A stretch of DNA of 64,000 nucleotides from positions 704,805 to 768,804 of the forward strand of contig CAZXWN010000001.1 of the NCBI GenBank assembly GCA_964644695.1. The letters are read 5' to 3'. How positions within the stretch are numbered: the stretch's first letter is position 1; every line of letters starts with the position of its first letter. Source of the stretch: an uncultured bacterium (GTDB taxonomy: Bacteria; UBP4; UBA4092). Below are positions 43,589-54,119 of the stretch, in pieces. A model generated the notes under the pieces. The model was given only the letters and a program-made list of their open reading frames with translations. It ran no database searches and was not told the DNA's origin. The translations under genes were made by a program, and so were the position numbers.

Positions 43589-44443
43589 ATGAAACATACT
43601 CTTTCATTGACCCTTCTGTCCATGGTTCTTGCTCTTTCTATCGCACAGGCAACCACTTTACCAATGTCACTGGCAACCACCGAATTAAAGGTAGAAGGTA
43701 AGGGTTCCCTGGAAACCCTCCAGAACAATTTAATTCAAGATAAGTTATTGCTAAAATCCGTAACGCGCGAGGACGGCTACCGGAATATGACGAATTACTT
43801 ACTTACATTACCGGTAGACAGCACGATTACTGTCCAAAATCTGGCCCAGCAATACCCCAATTTAGGCGAACTGATTCCCCAATTTGTAAAAAGCAACGCC
43901 GTCTTCAGCTCAATTGCTTTCAGTTCCTACACAACGGCCACTTTGACCTGCTATCTGGACAATGTAAAGTTTGCCAAGTTGGTGGCCCCTTTCTACACCA
44001 CTTATTTACATGAACAACAAAAGATGAAAATGAAAGCCGCTAAGGTTGCTAAAGTAAAAGAAAAGAAACCTGTGGTTTTCGAGAAAGCCTTGGAATTAAG
44101 TAATTCTCCAGATTACCTTTTTGCTGTCAGTACCGTCAGCGTAACCTGGGATGAAACGAAATCCAATGAGTTTAATATGTCACGCGCATTAAATCTGGCA
44201 CGAAATGAAACCGCCGCCGATTTCTCTCGTCAGTTAACCGACCTTCCATATCGTAAGGGTATGACCTTCGCTCAGGCACTAGAAAAACATCCTCAAATGA
44301 ATCATAGAGACTGGATGATTTCTGATTATCAGAATTTCCAGGTCAAAGACCAGATGTTTATCCTCAAGTCCAGATTGAATTTGAAGGCGATGAAACAGAC
44401 CCTGGTTTTCCAGGATGTTCAGAATCTTCGCGAGCTTAAATAA
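43589..44443 (+). CDS. Hypothetical secreted protein
   Basis: Signal peptide MKHTLSLTLLSMVLALSIAQA; no family recognised. Confidence 0.7.
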   Translation: MKHTLSLTLLSMVLALSIAQATTLPMSLATTELKVEGKGSLETLQNNLIQDKLLLKSVTREDGYRNMTNYLLTLPVDSTITVQNLAQQYPNLGELIPQFVKSNAVFSSIAFSSYTTATLTCYLDNVKFAKLVAPFYTTYLHEQQKMKMKAAKVAKVKEKKPVVFEKALELSNSPDYLFAVSTVSVTWDETKSNEFNMSRALNLARNETAADFSRQLTDLPYRKGMTFAQALEKHPQMNHRDWMISDYQNFQVKDQMFILKSRLNLKAMKQTLVFQDVQNLRELK

Positions 44444-44448
44444 GCATT

Positions 44449-45804
44449 ATGAGTCCGATACATTCTCGATTGCTGGTCGTTGACGACGATCCCGGTTCTC
44501 TGGAGGCTATGAAAGATGCCCTGGAGTATGCGGGGTATGATGTAGTTTCTGCACCCAGTGGAGCCGAAGCCTTCCGATTGTTGAATACCTCAGAATTCGA
44601 TGCGGTCCTGACTGATTTATATATGCCGACAATCAATGGTATGGAAATCATGACCGCCGCTTTGAAATCAGACCCCAATATGCCCGTCATCATATTCACC
44701 GGTCATGCAACGGTGGAAAATGCTGTCGAAGCCATGAAAGCCGGCGCATTCCACTACATCACCAAGCCAGTCAATGTTGAAGAACTTCGGATTACTGTCA
44801 AAAAAGCTCTGGAGCAGAAAAAGCTTATCCGGGAAAATCTGGATTTAAAGCGTCGTGTCAACCGAAAATTCGGGTTTGAAAATATTATTGCCAATTCCAG
44901 AAAAATGCAGGAGATTCTGGACACTGTTGTCCAAATTGCTCCCAGTCGTGCCAATGTTCTCATTACGGGAGAAAGTGGCACGGGCAAGGAACTTATTGCC
45001 AGCGCTATTCACTACAATAGCGACCGAAAAGAACAGCCCTTTGTAAAACTCAATTGCGCCGTCCTTGCTGAAGGTGTTTTGGAAAGTGAATTGTTTGGAC
45101 ACGAAAAAGGCGCCTTTACTGGAGCTATCAAAAGCCGAAAGGGAATGTTTGAGCAGGCTGACGGAGGCACCTTGTTCCTGGATGAAATCGGAGATGTCCC
45201 TTTATCCACCCAGGTTAAATTACTCAGGGTTCTCGAAGAACGAGAGTTTACTCGTGTCGGCGGAGACAGTCCCATTCAGGTGGATGTTCGTATTATAACG
45301 GCAACCAATCGCGATCTAAAGGGAGCCATCAATGATGGACATTTCCGTGAAGACCTTTATTTCCGTTTGAATGTTGTTAATCTGGACCTTCCCCCACTCC
45401 GTGACCGTCGTGAAGATATTCCCTTGATGTTACAGCATTTTATTCATGAGTTTTGTTTGGAAAACAATAAACCCGAATTGATATTGCAGCGCGAAACTCT
45501 GGATTTATTGACCCAGTATTCATGGCCAGGAAATGTGCGTGAATTACGAAATGTTGTCGAAAGCCTGGTTGTTCGGCTTCGAGGGACCGAAATAACTCCC
45601 AATGATTTGCCTGACAGCGTCAGAAAAGTTTCTCAATCAGAAGCAACGGTCATGCCAGTAGGTACATCACTGGAAGATGTTGAGAAAGACCTCATCCTGA
45701 AGACACTTGATTCGGTCAATGGTAACAAAACGCAGGCAGCTAAAATACTGGGCGTAGGGTTAAGGACCTTATACCGCAAACTGGAACAGTATGGTCGGGG
45801 TTGA
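44449..45804 (+). CDS. Sigma54-dependent response regulator (NtrC/AtoC/ZraR family)
   Basis: VVDDD, TDLYMP, GESGTGKE, GAFTGA, WPGNVREL, GNKTQAAKILG. Confidence 0.94.
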   Translation: MSPIHSRLLVVDDDPGSLEAMKDALEYAGYDVVSAPSGAEAFRLLNTSEFDAVLTDLYMPTINGMEIMTAALKSDPNMPVIIFTGHATVENAVEAMKAGAFHYITKPVNVEELRITVKKALEQKKLIRENLDLKRRVNRKFGFENIIANSRKMQEILDTVVQIAPSRANVLITGESGTGKELIASAIHYNSDRKEQPFVKLNCAVLAEGVLESELFGHEKGAFTGAIKSRKGMFEQADGGTLFLDEIGDVPLSTQVKLLRVLEEREFTRVGGDSPIQVDVRIITATNRDLKGAINDGHFREDLYFRLNVVNLDLPPLRDRREDIPLMLQHFIHEFCLENNKPELILQRETLDLLTQYSWPGNVRELRNVVESLVVRLRGTEITPNDLPDSVRKVSQSEATVMPVGTSLEDVEKDLILKTLDSVNGNKTQAAKILGVGLRTLYRKLEQYGRG

Positions 45805-45927
45805 TTCAGACCGATTTTGCATATTCAAATCACCCTGCCTGACATGTTATATTTATATGAATAACTATATGCCGGAGGGCAGGTCTGACAGGTTATTCAC
45901 CTTCCCTATCAGCACAGAGAGGTTTCT

Positions 45928-47154
45928 ATGGGTATCATCGTACAAAAGTATGGCGGTAAATCTGTAGCCACCCCCGAATTAATGCGGGGAATCGTTCGTC
46001 GCATCCTGCGTTACAAAAAACCTGAAGACCAATTGGTCATCGTTGTATCTGCTATGGGCAATACTACCGATAACCTGATCAAAAAGTCTGAAGAAGTGAC
46101 ATTAAATCCAGACCCTCGTGAAATGGATGTGCTCCTTTCCATCGGTGAGATAGAATCTACCGCATTAATGGCAATGACTTTTCAGGCTGAGGGTATGCCG
46201 GCCATTTCTTTAAATGGGCCCCAGTGTGGTATTCAAACTGATAGTCAGCATACATGGGCTAAAATATTAAAGATTTCCCCCAAGAGAATCCAGGAAGAAT
46301 TAAATCTTGGCAAAGTAGTCGTCGTTGCAGGATTCCAGGGTGCCACTTCTGTTGGAGACATATCTACTTTGGGTCGTGGCGGTTCTGACCTCACTGCAGT
46401 AGCTCTGGCAGCGGCATTAAAAGCAGATGTTTGTGAGAAATACACCGATGAGATTGGTGTTTTTACCGCAAATCCCAAACTGGTACCAGACGCCCAAAAA
46501 CTTGATGTCATTTCCTATGATGAGATGATTGAGATGTCTTCATTAGGTGCAAAAGTACTTCAAGCTCGTTCTGTCCTGTTTGCCAAGAAAAACAATGTCA
46601 ATATACGCGTTCGGTCCAGTCTGGTTGAAGATGAAGGGACCCTGATAACCAAGGAGGCTAAGCAAATGGAAAAAGCCGTAGTTGCCTATATTATCCCCAG
46701 TAAAGCAGAAGCAAAAATAACCATTTTAGGAGTCCCTGACAAGCCAGGTGTCGCCGGTCAGGTGTTTGCTAAATTGGCAGAACAAGAAATTCCTGTGGAT
46801 ATGATTATCCAGAATATCAGTGAACTGGGTAAAACCGACATTACCTTTACTGTTGAACAAAATCGGATGAAAGAAGCCTTCCGTGTGGCTACCGAAATGA
46901 AAGAATTGCTGGGTGCCCGTGAAGTTAAAGGTGATGACAAAGTAGCCAAGATTTCCGTAGTAGGTTTGGGAATGCGATCTGCTCCGGGTGTTGCTGCTAC
47001 CATGTTTAATGCTTTAGCTGAAAAAGGTATTAATATTGAAATGATTAGTACTTCTGAAATTCGTATTTCCTGTGTAATTCGGGAAGAATTCTTGGATAAT
47101 GCTGTCAAGATTCTTCATGACCGGTTTGAACTGGGCACAAAAAAGATGGCCTGA
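45928..47154 (+). CDS. lysC: Aspartate kinase (alpha subunit; internal beta start at 46666)
   Basis: VQKYGG, VVSAMG, TLGRGGSD, GAKVL, two ACT domains, ISTSEIRIS. Confidence 0.95.
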   Translation: MGIIVQKYGGKSVATPELMRGIVRRILRYKKPEDQLVIVVSAMGNTTDNLIKKSEEVTLNPDPREMDVLLSIGEIESTALMAMTFQAEGMPAISLNGPQCGIQTDSQHTWAKILKISPKRIQEELNLGKVVVVAGFQGATSVGDISTLGRGGSDLTAVALAAALKADVCEKYTDEIGVFTANPKLVPDAQKLDVISYDEMIEMSSLGAKVLQARSVLFAKKNNVNIRVRSSLVEDEGTLITKEAKQMEKAVVAYIIPSKAEAKITILGVPDKPGVAGQVFAKLAEQEIPVDMIIQNISELGKTDITFTVEQNRMKEAFRVATEMKELLGAREVKGDDKVAKISVVGLGMRSAPGVAATMFNALAEKGINIEMISTSEIRISCVIREEFLDNAVKILHDRFELGTKKMA

Positions 47155-47223
47155 TTTGAACTTTCTGCTCAAATTTGCCAAACTAAGGTTATCTGAGGAT
47201 TTACAGCGGTCAGGAGAAAATGC

Positions 47224-47721
47224 ATGAATATCGATAACAAGGAACTTAAAAAACTCATCGATCTAGTTCAGAAATCAGATATTGCTGAGTTCGAATATAG
47301 TGAAGGCGATATAAAAGTTCGAATTGTACGGTCATGTGGGGGTCAAACTTATCAGTTACCTGCACATCCAACAGCTTATCTCACCGGCCCAAATCAGGTA
47401 TCTAATCCGATACCGATGATCAATGGAGATGCTGCGGGAAATGAACCCACAGCAGAGAGTTCAGCACCCCAGGTAGAAGCAGGCACTATCATTGCATCAC
47501 CCATGGTTGGAACCTTCTACAGAGCTCAAGCGCCCGATGCTCCACCCTATGTCGACGTGGGTAGTAATATTGAACTTGACCAAACCTTATGCATTATTGA
47601 AGCAATGAAGCTGATGAACGAAATTAAAGCGGAATACCGATGTAAATTACTGGAAGTACTCGTGGAGAATGGACAGGCTGTCGAATTTGGTCAACCATTA
47701 TTCCGGGTTCAAAAGATTTAA
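47224..47721 (+). CDS. accB: Acetyl-CoA carboxylase biotin carboxyl carrier protein
   Basis: SPMVGTFY, IIEAMKLMNEI, VEFGQPLF. Confidence 0.96.
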   Translation: MNIDNKELKKLIDLVQKSDIAEFEYSEGDIKVRIVRSCGGQTYQLPAHPTAYLTGPNQVSNPIPMINGDAAGNEPTAESSAPQVEAGTIIASPMVGTFYRAQAPDAPPYVDVGSNIELDQTLCIIEAMKLMNEIKAEYRCKLLEVLVENGQAVEFGQPLFRVQKI

Positions 47722-47733
47722 TCGGTCTCATAT

Positions 47734-49086
47734 ATGTTTAATAAAATCCTTATTGCTAATCGTGGAGAGATTGCTCTCCGAATTATCAGAGCCTGTCGCG
47801 AATTAGGCATTAAAACAGTCGCTGTTTATTCACATCCCGATCGGTACAGTTTACATGTCCGCTATGCTGATCAGTCCATCTGTATTGGTCCTGCTGCGGG
47901 TGTGCAAAGTTATTTAAACATCCCGGCAATTATCAGTGCGGCTGAAATAACCGATGCCGAAGCGATTCATCCTGGCTACGGTTTCTTATCTGAAAATGCT
48001 CACTTTGCGGACATCTGCGAATCATGCAATATCAAATTCATTGGACCTACCGCCAATATCATTCGCTCCATGGGTGATAAGGCACAGGCACGTAAAACAG
48101 CAAAACTGGCTGGAGTCCCTATCACACCAGGTTCAGATGGACCGGTGCATACACTCGACAAAGCAATGGCAGTGGCCCACAAAGTAGGTTACCCTGTCAT
48201 AATTAAAGCGGTGGCAGGTGGTGGCGGACGCGGTATGAGAATCGCTCATACGGATGTCAGTCTGTCCTCTGCGTTTGGAACGGCTCGAGCGGAAGCAGAA
48301 GCAGGGTTTGGTAATCCAGACATCTATATTGAAAAATATATCGAAGACCCTCGGCATATAGAATTCCAGATTCTAGGTGACCAGTTCGGCAATATTATTC
48401 ATCTGGGTGAACGTGATTGTTCTTTACAACGTCGACATCAAAAATTAATTGAAGAATCACCTTCTCCAGCAATTGATAATCACCTCCGCAAAAAAATGGG
48501 TGATGCAGCTGTTGCCATAGCCAGATCAGTTAAGTATCTGAATGCAGGAACAATCGAATTTCTACTGGATAAACATGGCAACTTCTTCTTCATGGAAATG
48601 AACACTCGAATACAGGTCGAACATCCTGTTACAGAGTTAGTTTCTGGGGTTGACCTTCTTAAAGAACAACTAAAAATTGCTGCAGGCGAAAAGTTGACCT
48701 ATACCCAAAAAGATTTAATACTGCGTGGACACTCTATTGAATGTCGAATAAACGCGGAAGATCCGTCCCATAACTTCAGGCCTAATCCCGGTAAAATCAC
48801 TGCATACCATGCTCCAGGTGGACCTGGTGTTCGTGTTGACAGCCATGCCTATCAGGAATATGTTGTATCTCCTTACTATGACTCCATGATTTCAAAGCTG
48901 ATTGTACATGCTCCCACTCGTGAACAAGCAATTAGCCGAATGTTGCGGGCGCTTGATGAGTATGTCATTGAAGGCATACAAACAACAATTCCTTTCCACC
49001 AAATTCTCTTAAACCGCCCAGAATTTAAGAAAGGTCATGTAACCACTAAGTTTGTTGAGACAATTCTCCCCAGTATTTATCCGTAA
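47734..49086 (+). CDS. accC: Biotin carboxylase
   Basis: [47 protein letters not shown]. Confidence 0.97.
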   Translation: MFNKILIANRGEIALRIIRACRELGIKTVAVYSHPDRYSLHVRYADQSICIGPAAGVQSYLNIPAIISAAEITDAEAIHPGYGFLSENAHFADICESCNIKFIGPTANIIRSMGDKAQARKTAKLAGVPITPGSDGPVHTLDKAMAVAHKVGYPVIIKAVAGGGGRGMRIAHTDVSLSSAFGTARAEAEAGFGNPDIYIEKYIEDPRHIEFQILGDQFGNIIHLGERDCSLQRRHQKLIEESPSPAIDNHLRKKMGDAAVAIARSVKYLNAGTIEFLLDKHGNFFFMEMNTRIQVEHPVTELVSGVDLLKEQLKIAAGEKLTYTQKDLILRGHSIECRINAEDPSHNFRPNPGKITAYHAPGGPGVRVDSHAYQEYVVSPYYDSMISKLIVHAPTREQAISRMLRALDEYVIEGIQTTIPFHQILLNRPEFKKGHVTTKFVETILPSIYP

Positions 49087-49195
49087 TTCACACAATCATT
49101 AACACTCACTCCGAAGTCTATATTGCAGGTTTCGGCGTGATATAATATCAATTTAGTCAATAATTCCTCTAGAGGGCTGATTGAAAGGATTCATC

Positions 49196-50185
49196 ATGCC
49201 AAAATCACAGAAGAAAATCTCTTCCTTTGCCATTGGGATTGACTTGGGTGGACAGTCCATTAAGGGTGCACTGGTTGATACTAAAGGAAAGATTATCAAA
49301 GATATTGTTGTTCCGACTGAGGGAAGTAAGGGTCCTAAACATGTCATCCGTGTCATGAGAAATCTTGTCAAGGATTTAAGTGATATTGCGATCACTAAGA
49401 ATGGAAAAGTAGTTGGTGCTTGTGTTGCGACTCCCGGACTAGTAGATATGAAAGAATGGATCGTCAGAATTGCACCTAATCTTCCTGGCTGGGTGGATGT
49501 CCCTTTATTGAAAGAAATGCAGAAGGGATTCGATTTCCCCTTGTATCTGGAAAATGATGCCAACGCCGCAGCTTATGGCGAATTCTGGATCGGTGCCGGG
49601 AAAAAGGTAAAGACCATGATTGTCTTGACCTTAGGAACAGGTATTGGCGGTGGATTAATTCTTGATGGAAAAGTCTGGCACGGAGCTGATGGTTCCGGAG
49701 GAGAAGTCGGTCACATCAATCTGTATCCAAACGGAATTCCCTGTGGATGCGGTAATCCTGGTTGCTTGGAAGCGCACACGTCAGCTATTGGAATCACAAA
49801 GCGTACAAAGATGGCAATAGAAGCGGGTGAACAGTCTCTGATAAAGAAAATGGTTAAGGGCGATTTGGATAAGATTAGTCCCAAAGTTGTTTATCAGGCA
49901 GCAACTAAAGGGGACAAACTCGCTAGAAAAATATTAGAGGATACAGGCCGAGATATTGGTGTTGGCATTATGTCCCTGGTTAATCTGTTAAACCCCGAAA
50001 TGGTAGCCTTAGGCGGCGGTGTCATGGAAGCAGGCGATTATATTTTAAAACCGGCTAAAGACGAGTTCCGTAAACGCGGCTTTAAATGGCTCATTGAGAG
50101 AACCAAAATAGTGAAAGCAAAGTTAGGTAATGAAGCCGGCCGGGTGGGTGCCGCCGGAATCGTATTTTCAATGAATACCCAATAA
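49196..50185 (+). CDS. ROK family sugar kinase (glucokinase-like)
   Basis: GIDLGG, ENDANAAA, LGTGIGGG, GEVGH, CGCGNPGCLE. Confidence 0.92.
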   Translation: MPKSQKKISSFAIGIDLGGQSIKGALVDTKGKIIKDIVVPTEGSKGPKHVIRVMRNLVKDLSDIAITKNGKVVGACVATPGLVDMKEWIVRIAPNLPGWVDVPLLKEMQKGFDFPLYLENDANAAAYGEFWIGAGKKVKTMIVLTLGTGIGGGLILDGKVWHGADGSGGEVGHINLYPNGIPCGCGNPGCLEAHTSAIGITKRTKMAIEAGEQSLIKKMVKGDLDKISPKVVYQAATKGDKLARKILEDTGRDIGVGIMSLVNLLNPEMVALGGGVMEAGDYILKPAKDEFRKRGFKWLIERTKIVKAKLGNEAGRVGAAGIVFSMNTQ

Positions 50186-50210
50186 AAAGACAGGATAACA
50201 AAGAATATTT

Positions 50211-52004
50211 ATGGACCAAAAACTGATACGAAACTTCAGTATCATTGCCCACATTGATCACGGGAAAACCACATTATCAGACCGGTTACTTGAAGTAACT
50301 GGAGCGCTAACTCTTCGTGAAATGCGAGATCAATTCCTGGATTCAATGGACTTAGAGAGAGAACGGGGCATCACTATTAAGTCTCACCCCGTCAGGCTTA
50401 ATTACAAAGCTGATGATGGAAAACAGTATGTATTGAACCTGTTGGATACGCCAGGACATGTTGACTTCTCTTATGAGGTCTCCCGTTCTCTGGCTTCCTG
50501 TGAAGGTGCTTGCCTTTTAGTAGATGCATCCCAGGGCGTCGAAGCTCAAACAATGGCAAATGCTTACTTAGCATTAGATCAGGACCTGACAGTCATCCCC
50601 GTTATTAATAAAATAGACCTACCCAGTACGAATCTTGATTTATGCACTAATCAGATCGTCAATACAATGCCCTTGGATGAAAAAGATATCATTCTGGCCA
50701 GCGGAAAAGAAGGCATCGGCATCAGGGATATTCTGGAAGCCGTAGTAAAAAGAGTTCCACATCCAAAAGGCAAAGAAGATAAGCCCCTCGCAGCACTCAT
50801 ATTCGATTCAATTTATGACTCCTATCGAGGTGTCGTTGTTTATTTCCGTATCTTTGATGGGCGAATGTCTGTCGGTGATAGAATCCAGATGATGGCCACC
50901 GGTCAAGAATATGAAATTACTGAACTGGGTGTTTTTGCCCCACGAATGACCCCTGTAGAGAGTTTAGGTGTTGGCGAAGTTGGTTATATGGTCGCCAATA
51001 TCAAAACGATTGCAGATGTGAGCGTTGGCGATACGATTACGAAATTCCATGATGGACGAACGATTCCCCTTCCAGGATACAGGCCCGTAAAACCCATGGT
51101 GTATTGCGGACTTTATCCAGCCGTCAGTGAACAGTACGAAGAAATGCGGGATGCCATGGAAAAAATGAAATTGAATGATGCCGCATTCATCTTCGAACCA
51201 GACAACTCCCCTGCCCTTGGTTTTGGATTCCGGTGTGGATTCCTTGGTTTATTGCACATGGAAATTGTTCAAGAACGAATGGAACGTGAATTCAACCTGA
51301 CCCTTGTAACCACAGCGCCCAATGTTAAATATCAGATTCTCATGCCCAATGGCGACCTTCTTGATGTCACCAATCCATCAGATTTCCCTGTAAATCAAAT
51401 ACAGGAATGCCGTGAGCCCTATATTAAAGCAACCATCATGGTACCCACCGAGTTTGTGGGTAATGTCATGAAACTGGCACAAGGCAAACGTGGTGACTAT
51501 AAGAAGATGGAATATACAGATAAAACTCGCGCCACGCTGATATATGAAATGCCACTGGCTGAAACCATTACCGATTTCCATGACAAATTGAAATCGGTCA
51601 GTAAAGGATACGCCTCAATGGATTATGAGGTTATTGGCTATAAGGCTTCAGAATTGGTAAAACTGGATATTCTGTTAAATGGAGACCCGGTGGATGCCCT
51701 ATCCATTATTGTTCATAAAGATTTTGCTTATTACCGTGGCCGGGCGTTGGTTGAGAAAATGCGTCAACTGATACCAAGACAGATGTTTGAAGTAGCCATC
51801 CAGGCAAGTATTGGGAATAGAGTTATTGCCAGAGAGACAGTTCGTGCCTTACGGAAAGATGTGACGGCTAAATGTTACGGTGGTGATATTACCCGTAAAC
51901 GGAAACTCCTGGAAAAACAAAAAGAAGGTAAGAAGCGGATGAAACAAGTCGGCAGAGTGCAAATTCCTCAGGAAGCATTCATGGCCGTTCTGTCCGTCGA
52001 ATAA
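50211..52004 (+). CDS. lepA: Elongation factor 4 (LepA)
   Basis: [55 protein letters not shown]. Confidence 0.98.
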   Translation: MDQKLIRNFSIIAHIDHGKTTLSDRLLEVTGALTLREMRDQFLDSMDLERERGITIKSHPVRLNYKADDGKQYVLNLLDTPGHVDFSYEVSRSLASCEGACLLVDASQGVEAQTMANAYLALDQDLTVIPVINKIDLPSTNLDLCTNQIVNTMPLDEKDIILASGKEGIGIRDILEAVVKRVPHPKGKEDKPLAALIFDSIYDSYRGVVVYFRIFDGRMSVGDRIQMMATGQEYEITELGVFAPRMTPVESLGVGEVGYMVANIKTIADVSVGDTITKFHDGRTIPLPGYRPVKPMVYCGLYPAVSEQYEEMRDAMEKMKLNDAAFIFEPDNSPALGFGFRCGFLGLLHMEIVQERMEREFNLTLVTTAPNVKYQILMPNGDLLDVTNPSDFPVNQIQECREPYIKATIMVPTEFVGNVMKLAQGKRGDYKKMEYTDKTRATLIYEMPLAETITDFHDKLKSVSKGYASMDYEVIGYKASELVKLDILLNGDPVDALSIIVHKDFAYYRGRALVEKMRQLIPRQMFEVAIQASIGNRVIARETVRALRKDVTAKCYGGDITRKRKLLEKQKEGKKRMKQVGRVQIPQEAFMAVLSVE

Positions 52005-52023
52005 TCAATTAATTAAATACAAC

Positions 52024-52060
52024 AAACCCTATTCATCTTCAGGATGAATAGGGTTTTATT
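52024..52060 (+). terminator. Intrinsic terminator after lepA
   Basis: aaaccctattcatc-ttcag-gatgaatagggttt followed by T-rich tail. Confidence 0.8.
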
Positions 52061-52097
52061 GTCTAAAAAATAATATTACAGGAAGAAAGGAAAAATC

Positions 52098-52808
52098 ATG
52101 TCTACATTCAACATTGATATCTGGTTAGAGACACTGTTGGAAAAAATCAAAAACACTTATGGTAAACGACTTCTTTTTGCCGGGCATATTGGAAGCTGGG
52201 CCCGAGGTGAAGCAGGTCCTGCGAGTGATATTGATGTCAATGTCATTCTGTCTTCAATAGAACCCAATGATATTACTAAGTACCGCGAAATCATCAAGAG
52301 TATGCCTTACGCTGAAAAGGCTTGTGGATTTATTGCTGACAAAACAGAAATGGATGCCTGGCCAAAACAAGACTTATTTCATTTTATTCAAGGGTGCCAT
52401 GTTTTATTTGGAAATATGGATGCTGTTGTGAATTTCCCACAACCTCAATATATATTGGATTACATCAAAAATTCCACAGCAGCTCTATTGCATGGAGCTC
52501 GGCATCGACTGATCTATTCGCCGGATTTAAGCCAGGAAATACCCTTGATAAAAGATGCTTACAAAAGTATTTTCTTTATTCTGCAGTCATGGTTATTTGT
52601 ACAAAAAGGCCATTTCTACCAAAAGAAGAGTGAACTGATAGAAAACTTATCAGATGCATTAGATAAAGAAGTTTTTAATGTAAATTATAATTGGTCAAAA
52701 ATGGAAGATGAAATTGCAAAGAATCCTGAGAAATATCTTGTGTTACTGGCTGATTGGAGTAAGCAAATGCTTTTGCTTGCTAACCAGGCAGAAAAAGATA
52801 TTATTTAA
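52098..52808 (+). CDS. Pol beta-superfamily nucleotidyltransferase domain protein
   Basis: GSWARGEA...SDIDV motif (GS..DxD) followed by a helical C-terminal domain. Confidence 0.8.
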   Translation: MSTFNIDIWLETLLEKIKNTYGKRLLFAGHIGSWARGEAGPASDIDVNVILSSIEPNDITKYREIIKSMPYAEKACGFIADKTEMDAWPKQDLFHFIQGCHVLFGNMDAVVNFPQPQYILDYIKNSTAALLHGARHRLIYSPDLSQEIPLIKDAYKSIFFILQSWLFVQKGHFYQKKSELIENLSDALDKEVFNVNYNWSKMEDEIAKNPEKYLVLLADWSKQMLLLANQAEKDII

Positions 52809-52838
52809 CATATATCCAACCTGTTCGATAATATTGAT

Positions 52839-53405
52839 ATGAAAGACTATAAGCATCCGATAAGAATCATTATTGAAAAAATGATTCTAGCCATATTTGG
52901 CTTGTTGATTCTGGAAACTTTTTTTATACAACCTTTCAGAATCCCATCAGGGTCTATGATGCCCAGCCTTCAAATCGGAGACCTCATCTTAGTCAATCGG
53001 TTCCACTATTGGATACACCCACCCAAAAGAGAAGATGTGGTGGTATTTCAGTCCAGGGAAAATCCCCGCAATATCTTTGTCAAAAGAATAATTGGTGAGG
53101 GTGGCGAAACCATCCAAATCAAAGATTATCGGATATATATCAATGGAATACCACTCATTGAGTCTTACATCAAAGGTCCCACCTACGATACAGGCGCATT
53201 GCGATACCCCAAAATCATTCCCTATAATCAGTATGTAGTCTTGGGAGATAACCGAAATGACAGTTATGACAGTCGATATTTCGGCCCCGTACAATATGAT
53301 TCGATAAAAGGAAAAGCGTTTTTAATATTTTGGTATGAACGAAACAGGAGAGGACAACTCATTTGGTGGCCATGGTGGCACTGGAACCGAACCATTGTCC
53401 TCTAG
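52839..53405 (+). CDS. lepB: Signal peptidase I
   Basis: IPSGSMMPSL, FVKRIIG, LGDNRNDSYDSRYFG. Confidence 0.93.
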   Translation: MKDYKHPIRIIIEKMILAIFGLLILETFFIQPFRIPSGSMMPSLQIGDLILVNRFHYWIHPPKREDVVVFQSRENPRNIFVKRIIGEGGETIQIKDYRIYINGIPLIESYIKGPTYDTGALRYPKIIPYNQYVVLGDNRNDSYDSRYFGPVQYDSIKGKAFLIFWYERNRRGQLIWWPWWHWNRTIVL

Positions 53406-53462
53406 GTCATTGTGTTAGAATTTTACTTGAATCAAAAATTCCAATAAAAAAACGGGTAACTC

Positions 53463-54110
53463 ATGGTCTCATTTAAGAAACACTGGTTGCGAGAATGGAT
53501 AGAAGGAATTGCTGTTGCGGGAATGGTTGCCTTAATGGCTCATACTTTCCTGGCAAAACCTTTCGCCATCCCCTCCGAATCGATGTGTGACACTCTGCAA
53601 AAAGGCGATATGATTTTTGTAAATCGTTTTATCTATTGGGATAAGATACCCGACCGGGGCGATATTGTGGTGTTCAAATTCCCCGGCTCCAGTTCATTAG
53701 TACCTTATGAATCTGTCAGTAACAATATCTCTTTAACGCAATGGCAAAGAGGTCCTTACACTGATTACATCAAACGCTGCATTGGTTTACCGGGTGATGT
53801 GATTGATTTCCGGGACGGCCAAATCTATGTAAATAATGTCCCTCTCCAGGAACCCTACCTGCGTGAGGCCATGAATCCAATCCCCTTCATTGAACAATTA
53901 CCCTACAAAGTTCCCGAGGGATATATCTTTGTCATGGGAGATAATCGAAATAACTCCTGGGACAGCCGGTTCTGGGGACCTGTTAATGTCAAATTCCTCA
54001 AAGGAAAAGCCTTCCTGATGCATTGGTATTCTCGGGATCGTGAAGGTTATCGGGTTCCATTTGAAATATGGAAACCCTGGACTCTTTGGAGAGTCCGTCT
54101 CATCAAATAA
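53463..54110 (+). CDS. lepB: Signal peptidase I (second paralog)
   Basis: IPSESMCDTL, YIKRCIGLPGD, MGDNRNNSWDSRFWG. Confidence 0.93.
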   Translation: MVSFKKHWLREWIEGIAVAGMVALMAHTFLAKPFAIPSESMCDTLQKGDMIFVNRFIYWDKIPDRGDIVVFKFPGSSSLVPYESVSNNISLTQWQRGPYTDYIKRCIGLPGDVIDFRDGQIYVNNVPLQEPYLREAMNPIPFIEQLPYKVPEGYIFVMGDNRNNSWDSRFWGPVNVKFLKGKAFLMHWYSRDREGYRVPFEIWKPWTLWRVRLIK

Positions 54111-54119
54111 AGGCCATTT

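Noticed and set aside
45805-45927. Lysine or SAM-I riboswitch ahead of lysC
   Set aside because: Region too short for the lysine aptamer and lacks the SAM-I AUC/GCAAC core; kept only as an unknown structured leader.
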